Below, piece after piece: positions 29,695 to 36,674 of a stretch of DNA of 64,000 nucleotides. Source of the DNA: a virus (lineage: Duplodnaviria > Caudoviricetes); IMG/VR virus record IMGVR_UViG_3300033120_000337, positions 1 through 64,000 of that record; one strand, 5' to 3'. Under the pieces are notes generated by a model. It saw nothing but the letters and a program-made list of their open reading frames with translations. It did no database searches and had not been told where the DNA came from. How positions within the stretch are numbered: position 1 is the first letter of the stretch; every line of letters starts with the position of its first letter. Made by a program: the position numbers and the translations under genes.

Positions 29695-29900
29695 CAACAA
29701 GTCTTCATCTACCTACTCATCATCGTTCTTGTACTACTGGTAGTCGTCATCGTCGTAAGGGTAGAAATACACTTCGAAAGTTTGGACAGAGGTTCAGGTT
29801 GGTGGGAGGGAGTTTTTTGAACGGTCAGTAAGACCGTAAGGGATAGCTACGTCTGTCAGATGGAAACCCTATTAGATTTCATCTATCAGAGGAGGCTTTC

Positions 29901-30233
29901 TTGTCAGCCACATACCGAGTGGAGATCCAGTATAGTCGGCTGTTGAGTGACCTATGGGGAATTCTCCAAGGTAAACGCTATCCAGTCTTCCCTAGGGGAA
30001 GTCGGGCTGCGCCATCTCCAGTTGTCTACGTGTTCCCAGATTTCAATGTTCAGTCTGGATATCGGTGGAACTTCTGGGAGGAGATTTCAGCTCCGGTCCT
30101 CATCAACATGAACAAGATAGTCCCTCCATATTTGGGAGGCTGGGGTAACCCTGAATCCATACCTATCTTGGATGCCTACTTGAGGTCTGCTCTGTTGGCC
30201 TCTTCATGGTCGGTCAAAGTGGACTACACGTAG
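29901..30233 (+). CDS. hypothetical protein
   Basis: GAGGAGG RBS before TTG. Confidence 0.55.
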   Translation: MSATYRVEIQYSRLLSDLWGILQGKRYPVFPRGSRAAPSPVVYVFPDFNVQSGYRWNFWEEISAPVLINMNKIVPPYLGGWGNPESIPILDAYLRSALLASSWSVKVDYT

Positions 30234-30255
30234 TTCTCTATTGAGTCTGAGAGAG

Positions 30256-31095
30256 ATGACTCTCAGATCGAGACTTATTCGTCTAGCTCACACCAAGCCT
30301 CAGCTACGTCCGCACCTACTTCCTCTTCTCAAGGAAGCCGCAACCTTCGACCCATCTCACTATGGTCTTGAAGGTTTGCTAGAGGGGAAGCCTACAACTC
30401 TCTATCACGGGACAACTGCGAAGTTCTCGTCCTTTGACATGAGTCTCAGTCGGGATGAGTTGGTGAACAAGTTCTATGGGAAGGGGATTTTCCTGGTTCC
30501 CTCCAAGAAGATCGCAATGAAGTACGCCGATGCGAATCGAAACATCGGATTCCCGCCATCCATCATTGACGACCTCAAAAGCAGGAATCGAAATGCTGGG
30601 GACTTCCTACAAGCTCTCTACAAGGATGGGCCTGATGCATTCGATTCTTTCACTAGGGAGAAGGGTTTCTTCACTGACAACCCTTCTCCTGGAGAACCAC
30701 CTCTTGATTGGGCGGGCTTCGAGAAGTTCTTGGGAGTTTCTGGAAACACATTGAGCGACCTTGCGGGATACATCTTGGGAAGTGTGACTTCACCTATCCC
30801 TACCTCTAATACGCTCGAATTGTTTGGTTCTCAAACTGGAGCACCATCTTGGATCTATGATGCTCTGGATGAGATTGGTTTGGATTCCTCTGTGTACCGA
30901 CCAAAGGTCTACACAGTCACTGTGCAGGTAGAGAAGACACTGGTCACCAAGAGCAAGTCTCTGGCAAAGAAGGCTCGTAGTCAGGGGTACGACTCAGTGT
31001 TGTTCTACGGTGCAGACCTTGTGGGCGGAGTTCCTGAGGTGGCTGTCTACGACCCAAGAAAAGTACGAATTGTGAAAGTAGATGTTCTGGATTGA
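30256..31095 (+). CDS. ADP-ribosyltransferase-fold protein with LRSxLIRLAHTxP leader
   Basis: LYHGTTAKFSSFD, FYGKGIFLV.SKKIAMKYA, GYDSVLF...EVAVYDP (H-Y-E-type ART pattern). Confidence 0.7.
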   Translation: MTLRSRLIRLAHTKPQLRPHLLPLLKEAATFDPSHYGLEGLLEGKPTTLYHGTTAKFSSFDMSLSRDELVNKFYGKGIFLVPSKKIAMKYADANRNIGFPPSIIDDLKSRNRNAGDFLQALYKDGPDAFDSFTREKGFFTDNPSPGEPPLDWAGFEKFLGVSGNTLSDLAGYILGSVTSPIPTSNTLELFGSQTGAPSWIYDALDEIGLDSSVYRPKVYTVTVQVEKTLVTKSKSLAKKARSQGYDSVLFYGADLVGGVPEVAVYDPRKVRIVKVDVLD

Positions 31096-31560
31096 CCAAC
31101 TGAGCGTAAGTTAGAGCACGAGGTTTACGGGAGTTGGAAACGACCACCCGAACGGTCAAGAAAAAAAAAGAACCACCTCATGTCGATTTCACTGGACGCC
31201 TCAAACAACATCAGATACAAATCCTTCACTCAATCATGTTCGTCTCTCTAACCACCTTCAAGTCTAGCAAAATGCAATCAGGCATCTCGCCTGTAGTGTA
31301 TTTGAGCCAGCTTGAATCGGGACGCTCAGATTGTGGCTTTGCAGCACGCGAGATCTCCCTCCCAGGAAATATCTTGGTGACTTGACTCTTCTAACCTCTC
31401 CAGGAGAAGATCAGGCCACCTAGGGAAACCAGGTGGCCTGAGTCATTTCAGGGAGAAAAGATGAAATCAGGTTCGTTAGGTTTCAAGACGGGGGAAAGAA
31501 AGTTTGGTTCCTGGGGGGAAAAGAGAAACGTAGGTTCGTTAGGTTTCGAGAAGATTTCAT

Positions 31561-31645
31561 GGAGCGGACGTGGGCACTGGTAGCCCCACCTGTTTGTAAC
31601 ACAGGCGCCCGAAAAGCATTGTGGGTTCGAATCCCTCTCGCTCCA
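31561..31645 (+). tRNA. tRNA-Tyr(GTA)
   Basis: CCTGT-TTGTAAC-ACAGG; long variable arm. Confidence 0.8.
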
Positions 31646-31683
31646 TATGCAGAACAAGCAGAAACGAGGCTCAGTCTCCATCC

Positions 31684-31756
31684 GGGACTGTAGCTCAACA
31701 GGTAGAGCAGCAAGCTTTTAACTTGCGGTATGAGGGTTCAAGTCCCTTCGGTCCCA
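31684..31756 (+). tRNA. tRNA-Lys(TTT)
   Basis: GCAAG-CTTTTAA-CTTGC. Confidence 0.9.
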
Positions 31757-31766
31757 TGGCTTCTTT

Positions 31767-31839
31767 CGGACACAAGCATTAGCGGTGATGCACTAGACTC
31801 TTAATCTGGGGAATTCGGGTTCAACTCCCAGGTGTCCGA
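31767..31839 (+). tRNA. tRNA-Lys(CTT)
   Basis: CTAGA-CTCTTAA-TCTGG. Confidence 0.85.
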
Positions 31840-31881
31840 CTCTTCAAGCTTCAACTCTCAAAGTTCAAAACTCAAAGTTCA

Positions 31882-31954
31882 TTCTCGGATCGTCTAGCGG
31901 TAGGACAGTTGACTCTGACTCAACGAACTGAGGTTCGAATCCTCGTCCGAGAAT
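31882..31954 (+). tRNA. tRNA-Gln(CTG)
   Basis: GTTGA-CTCTGAC-TCAAC. Confidence 0.9.
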
Positions 31955-32207
31955 CCTGAGGTGATAAAGCCACCTTCCTTCAACCGGAAAAAGTGGCTCA
32001 CCTCAAACTGAAAACTGAATATGGAATTCCTTCAGCGTGACTCCACGGGAGCACGCAGAGTTAGGATTCTGAGTTGGGGCCACTTGAGTAGTGGGTATCT
32101 CAACTCAGAGGGCCTTCTCAAGATTGTTCGCGCTTTCCAGTTCTTGCGACCTAGACAACCTAGATAAAATTGAACTGGATATACAGGGAGGAAAGACTCC
32201 CGACTAT

Positions 32208-32279
32208 TCCTGGGTAGCTCAGAGGTAGAGCGACGAGCTGTTAACTCGTTGGTCGTAGGTTCGATTCCTTCCCCAGGAG
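32208..32279 (+). tRNA. tRNA-Asn(GTT)
   Basis: ACGAG-CTGTTAA-CTCGT. Confidence 0.9.
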
Positions 32280-32283
32280 CTTT

Positions 32284-32355
32284 AGGCCACGGTCAGGGTA
32301 ACCGGATTGGACTCCAAATCCGATCGTCTGCAAGGTTCGATTCCTTGGTGGCCTG
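32284..32355 (+). tRNA. tRNA-Trp(CCA)
   Basis: TTGGA-CTCCAAA-TCCGA; atypical short D arm. Confidence 0.8.
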
Positions 32356-32370
32356 TCTTGCTTAGTTCTC

Positions 32371-32442
32371 GCAGCGGTAGCTCAGTGGTAGAGCACTTGA
32401 TTGAAAATCGAGGTGTCGTCGGTTCAATCCCGACTCGTTGCA
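32371..32442 (+). tRNA. tRNA-Phe(GAA)
   Basis: CTTGA-TTGAAAA-TCGAG. Confidence 0.9.
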
Positions 32443-32457
32443 TGTGTCTGTTTCTCT

Positions 32458-32529
32458 CGGGGTGTGGCTCAGTGGTAGAGCGCTCGGTTTGGGATCGAGA
32501 AGTCGCAGGTTCGACCCCTGTCTCCCCGA
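32458..32529 (+). tRNA. tRNA-Pro(TGG)
   Basis: CTCGG-TTTGGGA-TCGAG. Confidence 0.9.
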
Positions 32530-32632
32530 CTCGCATGAATACTTGAAGGGTGTACATCTTTTTGGTAGATCGGCCCTCACGGGCCACTCACTCTTTATCC
32601 CTTGTCATGCGAGTTTCTACTGTGTTCCTGAA

Positions 32633-32665
32633 AAAATGGATGTGTTGATCCAACCATTCAGCAAC
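32633..32665 (+). repeat. dispersed pseudoknot-forming motif, copy 1 of 7
   Basis: AAAATGGATGTGTTGATCCAACCATTCAGCAAC; other copies at 35122, 36293, 38143, 38376, 50723, 60363. Confidence 0.85.
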
Positions 32666-32708
32666 TCATGCGGCTAATCTCAGGTACCTGGCACCTTGAA
32701 GCCATTAC

Positions 32709-32781
32709 GGGCTTGTAGCTCATTTGGGAGAGCGCTTCGATGGCATCGAAGAGGTAAGCGGTTCGATCCCGCTCTGGTCCA
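32709..32781 (+). tRNA. tRNA-Ala(GGC)
   Basis: CTTCG-ATGGCAT-CGAAG; G3:U70. Confidence 0.85.
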
Positions 32782-32918
32782 TTCGTGTGAATACTCGATC
32801 GGGATTACATTGTCCTAACCACAATCGATCTGGGTTCGAATCCCAGGCATCTTCGCAAGAGGGTGAGCAGGGTTGCTAGAAAACATCTCGGTCATTCTTG
32901 TCGCACGATCTATTTTCT

Positions 32919-32991
32919 GTCTCTGTCGTCTAAAAGGCTAGGACCTTGGCCTCTCAAGTCAAGAACAGGAGTTCGAATCTCCTCAGAGACA
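32919..32991 (+). tRNA. tRNA-Glu(CTC)
   Basis: TTGGC-CTCTCAA-GTCAA. Confidence 0.9.
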
Positions 32992-33127
32992 TCAAGCGAA
33001 TTGGAAGTCAGACTACAACCAAGCAGATGGTCGCGGGTTCGAATCCCGTCCTTCGGGTAAAACCGGAGGTAGCTCAGCGGTAGAGCATCCGCCATATACA
33101 CGTCTCCTTCCGTTCTTTGTCGCTTGA
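32992..33127 (+). ncRNA. Y RNA 1 (YrlA-type tRNA mimic)
   Basis: Terminal helix TCAAGCGA/TCGCTTGA with GAAT..TTGTC; T arm precedes a closed acceptor hairpin CCTTCGG-GTAAAA-CCGGAGG, then D arm TAGCTCAGCGGTAGAGC. Confidence 0.8.
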
Positions 33128-33136
33128 ACTATTCCA

Positions 33137-33268
33137 GAGGTGGAATACCTGTGAGGACTACATCTAAACCTCAGTGTCGCTGGTTCAAGTCCAGCCTGCC
33201 CCGCTTCTATGGGGGAGTAGCTCAGTTGGTAGAGCATGAGAATGTCCACGCTAAAACTTGTCCGCCTC
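33137..33268 (+). ncRNA. Y RNA 2 (YrlA-type tRNA mimic)
   Basis: Terminal helix GAGGTGGA/TCCGCCTC with GAAT..TTGTC; T arm GCTGG-TTCAAGT-CCAGC, closed acceptor CTGCCCC..GGGGGAG, D arm TAGCTCAGTTGGTAGAGC. Confidence 0.8.
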
Positions 33269-33283
33269 ACTAACTTCCTTCCT

Positions 33284-33356
33284 GGTGTTTGTAGCTCAAC
33301 GGTAGAGCGCTCGATTGTGGATCGAGATACGAGGGGTTCAACTCCCCCCTTACACC
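33284..33356 (+). tRNA. tRNA-His(GTG)
   Basis: CTCGA-TTGTGGA-TCGAG; G-1 and C73. Confidence 0.9.
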
Positions 33357-33361
33357 CTCAA

Positions 33362-33435
33362 CGGGTATGACGGTCTGGTTGATCTGCTTTCCCTGATAAG
33401 GAGGGCGTGCATGAGTTCGATTCTCTGATACCCGA
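33362..33435 (+). tRNA. tRNA-Ile(GAT)
   Basis: TTTCC-CTGATAA-GGAGG. Confidence 0.8.
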
Positions 33436-33609
33436 TGCCGTGTCCAGGGTCTGTTTGACCTGGCCTCAAGGAACTGGCTCAACAAAAGTTGGGTTGGGCG
33501 CGAACGGATTAGCGTGTGACTCGAATGGGGGAGGTCGTTCTCCCCACTCGCCAGAATGTAGGCCTAGCCGTACCTATGTTCCTGAAAAAAAACTACGGCT
33601 GTTTCTTGA

Positions 33610-33683
33610 TGCGGAGTAGAGCAGTCTGGTAGCTCGCTAGGCTCATAACCTAGAGGTCGGTGGTTCGAATCCATCCTCCGTTA
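33610..33683 (+). tRNA. tRNA-Met(CAT), initiator-like
   Basis: 1:72 mismatch and AGAGCAGTCTGGTAGCTCG D arm; anticodon stem has only two G-C pairs next to the loop. Confidence 0.8.
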
Positions 33684-33752
33684 TTATGCCGGAATCTCAC
33701 CACCATGTTCCCAGGGATGGGACTCCACATGGTGGTCCGGCTCCAACTAAAC

Positions 33753-33825
33753 GGGCATGTAGCTCAGCTGGGAGAGCGGTGGCTTTGCAAGCCATAGGTC
33801 AGGGGTTCGATCCCCCTCTTGTCCA
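33753..33825 (+). tRNA. tRNA-Ala(TGC)
   Basis: GTGGC-TTTGCAA-GCCAT; G3:U70. Confidence 0.9.
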
Positions 33826-33826
33826 T

Positions 33827-33967
33827 GGGAAGATAGCTCAGGAGACGTCTAAGACGTTCGACTTGTCTGAGGAGTACGGGAGACCAAGGGCCCAGAAACA
33901 AAGACAGTTCAGAGCGGCGAGCCAGTAAGCTCGGTGCGCGTCGGTGAAAATCCGATTCTTCCCACCA
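33827..33967 (+). ncRNA. tRNA-like RNA with ~65-nt D-loop insertion and encoded CCA
   Basis: Acceptor GGGAAGA/TCTTCCC-A-CCA; D stem GCTC/GAGC split by insert; CGAGC-CAGTAA-GCTCG; T arm GTCGG-TGAAAAT-CCGAT. Confidence 0.6.
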
Positions 33968-34163
33968 TTTTCCGATAGGTAGTGAATGCCAAATGCGCCT
34001 CGAACCATGAGGAATGAGCGGGGCTAACCACTATCCTTCGGAATCCATTTACTCCTGAAGATGTTGCAAGTAGGTGTCCTGGAAGGTCTTGGGCCAGGAT
34101 AGGAGTTCTCCCCAAGAGAAGGGTTCAAGTCCCACTACTTGCAATGTCTTCAGGTGTAGTTTC

Positions 34164-34235
34164 TCCGCCAAAGCATAAAGGGTGATGCCCCGTCTTGGTA
34201 TGACGGTTAACTGGTTTCAAGCACCAGTGGTGGCT
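34164..34235 (+). tRNA. tRNA-Thr(GGT)
   Basis: CCGTC-TTGGTAT-GACGG. Confidence 0.75.
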
Positions 34236-34245
34236 TGTTTCTTTA

Positions 34246-34654
34246 GGGTCTGTACTGGTTTCGACAGGGTGTGCGAATAGAGAGAGTGCGTGTCGGGCTT
34301 CGTCAGGTCAGCTCGTTAAAAAGATGTGTCAAATAAGCTGCCAACTCAAACAGCTACGTTCCCGCCGCAATGGCTGCGTGAACCGTGGGTACGTGTAGCC
34401 GCCTAGGGCGACATGTACTTGCGTAATCAAATCTAGGTAAAAACCCCGGCTTTTCTTCAGCGGGGGGTCGCAAGACTACTCTGAGGGAATGGTGGAGGGT
34501 ACTACGCGAACCGTGGAACCCCTAAAGGTGGCCCGTTGGGGCTGGGCATCTTAGGTCAAGAGGCTTGCTTCTTGACCACCCGAATTCCAACTACACACGT
34601 AGGACTCGATCTAACTAGCCATTTTGGACGTGGGTTCGATTCCCACCAGATCCA
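34246..34654 (+). ncRNA. ssrA: tmRNA; tag peptide (A)ANSNSYVPAAMAA
   Basis: 5' GGGTCTGTACTGGTTTCGAC; resume codon GCC at 34340 after AAATAAGCT, stop 34379-34381; 3' GACGTGGGTTCGATTCCCACCAGATCCA. Confidence 0.92.
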
Positions 34655-34663
34655 TCAGTGAAT

Positions 34664-34736
34664 GCGGGCGTAGCTCAGTTGGTAGAGCCTCAGTTTTCCA
34701 AACTGAATGTCGTCGGTTCGAATCCGATCGCCCGCT
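34664..34736 (+). tRNA. tRNA-Gly(TCC)
   Basis: TCAGT-TTTCCAA-ACTGA. Confidence 0.9.
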
Positions 34737-34891
34737 ACTCGTCCCCGTGCTGCCAGGGGGAGATCGAGAGATAGGGACCCCTGGACTTGTCCAGGCTAGG
34801 AACCCTACTGGCACAATAGATTTTCGGGTCGGCACGGTTGCGGTGGGTCGCTCCCACCTCGGGTTCAACTCCCATACGGTCCACTCATTTT

Positions 34892-34963
34892 GCGGGTGTA
34901 GGTCAGTGGTAGACCATCAGCTTCCCATGCTGAATGTCGTGGGTTCGACTCCCATCACCCGCT
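34892..34963 (+). tRNA. tRNA-Gly(CCC)
   Basis: TCAGC-TTCCCAT-GCTGA. Confidence 0.9.
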
Positions 34964-35038
34964 CTGGGCTGAATACTCGCCGGGAGTACATCCTTGCACG
35001 GTGAAACCTCTCTCGGTATTTCTTGTCAGTCCTCTAAT

Positions 35039-35109
35039 GACGCTGTCCTTCTGGTGAAGGCATCTGACTGCAAATCAGGTTGAGGGACGTTCAACTCGTC
35101 TCGGCGTCT
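35039..35109 (+). tRNA. tRNA-Cys(GCA)
   Basis: TCTGA-CTGCAAA-TCAGG; U73. Confidence 0.8.
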
Positions 35110-35191
35110 TGACGGTAAGGTGACATGGATGCGCTGATCCAAACCCTCAGCGACCCACAGGGGATTGGATGTAAGTCTACCGTCAGTTTTT

Positions 35192-35263
35192 GTCCTTGTA
35201 GCTCAGTGGAAGAGCAGGAGCCTTCTAAGCTCTTGGTCAGGGGTTCAACTCCCTTCAGGGACG
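35192..35263 (+). tRNA. tRNA-Arg(TCT)
   Basis: GGAGC-CTTCTAA-GCTCT. Confidence 0.9.
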
Positions 35264-35273
35264 TGTTTCTTTA

Positions 35274-35346
35274 GTCCGCATAGTGAAACTGGATATCACG
35301 CATCTCTACGAAAGATGTATTCGGGGTTCGAATCCCTGTGTGGACG
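35274..35346 (+). tRNA. tRNA-Arg(ACG)
   Basis: CATCT-CTACGAA-AGATG. Confidence 0.9.
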
Positions 35347-35429
35347 CTAGTACCTATCATGAATCCTCACCCCTACTTTCGGAAGTCTGAATAAGGGGTC
35401 AGGAAGGAAAGCTCGTCTCAAGATAAACT

Positions 35430-35501
35430 GTCCTTGTGTTGAAGTGGATATCAAGGAAGCCTCCGAAGCTTTCATCCCAAGTTCGAATCTTGGCAAGGAC
35501 G
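35430..35501 (+). tRNA. tRNA-Arg(CCG)
   Basis: GAAGC-CTCCGAA-GCTTT. Confidence 0.85.
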
Positions 35502-35672
35502 TTCCACTGTGTCTCATTCGACGCTCTCGCAGGTGTAGATGAGGAGTCACACAGAAAGGCGTGGGTCTCTCAGCGGTCCACGGGAAGAAAGCATACAGGG
35601 GAAGGCAACTTGCTCTTACTGAGCCCTATCTCAGGAGGGTAATAGCTAGAACTGGAAGCAAGCTGGGGTTTC

Positions 35673-35741
35673 GCCTCTGTCTTCTTGGAGAAGGTCAACT
35701 CTCATAAGGTTGGTGTGACGGTTCGATTCCGTACTGAGGCA
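35673..35741 (+). tRNA. tRNA-Met/Ile2(CAT) with reduced D arm
   Basis: CAACT-CTCATAA-GGTTG; acceptor GCCTCTG/CTGAGGC. Confidence 0.65.
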
Positions 35742-35939
35742 TTGGATGGTCTAAAGGGAAGGAGGCACTTAGCCTGTGTTTCCGGAATCACATGGCTTGT
35801 GATTCCCGAACTTAGACCCTCTGAGTCGTACAAAGCCGTTGGAGACAAACCAACAATGGAGCGGTAGAAGTCCGCGTAAACGGATGTGGAATCCGAACTG
35901 GACAGAATGAGGGTGAGAGACCTTCTGAGTACGATTTTT

Positions 35940-36011
35940 GCGCTTGGATGCCGTTGGATGGCAGCCGCACTGTCTATGCGGTGAAGCTCGGTTCGATTCC
36001 GGTCAGGCGCG
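35940..36011 (+). tRNA. tRNA-Asp(GTC)
   Basis: CCGCA-CTGTCTA-TGCGG. Confidence 0.85.
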
Positions 36012-36169
36012 TTTCCGCTGTGTTCCTGGTAGGTTGCACGTAACAGGGGTTAACACAGAAAGGCGTGGGTGGATGTGCACCCATAGGGAAAAAGTCCAAG
36101 TTCGTGTCGGATGGTGTCTGCGAGTCCTTACGTAGACAGCCAAACAGCGAGTCTTGGGCACATATCTAA

Positions 36170-36241
36170 CGGAGTGTGGCGAAGTGGTATCGCGCTTGGT
36201 TCGGGACCGAGAGATCGCAGGTTCAATCCCTGTCACTCCGA
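36170..36241 (+). tRNA. tRNA-Pro(CGG)
   Basis: CTTGG-TTCGGGA-CCGAG. Confidence 0.9.
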
Positions 36242-36347
36242 AATCCTCATGAGATGGGGAAAAGACCATAGGGTCTTCGTTAATGAGATAGGAAAACGGA
36301 TGCGCTGTTCCAACCCATCAGCGACCTGAGATGAAGAAGAGAAGAAT

Positions 36348-36419
36348 GCACGGGTAGCTCAGCGGTAGAGCGGTTGTCCTACACACAACGGGTCAGGGGT
36401 TCGACTCCCTTTTCGTGCA
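36348..36419 (+). tRNA. tRNA-Val(TAC), C at position 33
   Basis: GTTGT-CCTACAC-ACAAC. Confidence 0.8.
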
Positions 36420-36577
36420 AAACAAAAACCCACCTAGGTAGCAAGGATTCAGTTCCTTGCATAACGTTCAGGGAGGTGGGGAGAGCGGATAGAGTGAACG
36501 TACTCCGCTTACAAATACCGGACAAGGAAGAGCATAGAGAGGTTTCCTCAATACACCTCTTCCTTGATCTTGGACAA

Positions 36578-36657
36578 GCCCGAGTGGTGAAATTGGCATA
36601 CACACCGTCCTCAGAAGGCGGCGCGAAAGCGTGTGGGTTCGACTCCCGCCTCGGGCA
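36578..36657 (+). tRNA. tRNA-Leu(CAG)
   Basis: CCGTC-CTCAGAA-GGCGG; variable arm. Confidence 0.9.
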
Positions 36658-36674
36658 CTGTTTCTGTTTGTAAT

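Noticed and set aside
29600-29780. TAG stop-codon reassignment suggested by in-frame TAGs in an acidic frame
   Set aside because: Several well-supported genes end at TAG (4329, 12963, 46632, 53638), coding density is high under the standard code, and no canonical CTA-anticodon tRNA is present
29596-29820. Hydrophobic membrane protein ORF
   Set aside because: It is the antisense shadow of the GAY/GAR-rich repeat; no RBS
32160-32207. Group II intron 3' end
   Set aside because: No domain V upstream and no interrupted gene
32992-33268. Circularly permuted tRNA genes
   Set aside because: No anticodon loop can be rebuilt from the ends; the termini instead form long helices with a shared GAAT/TTGTC motif, and a Ro60 gene is nearby, which fits YrlA Y RNAs better
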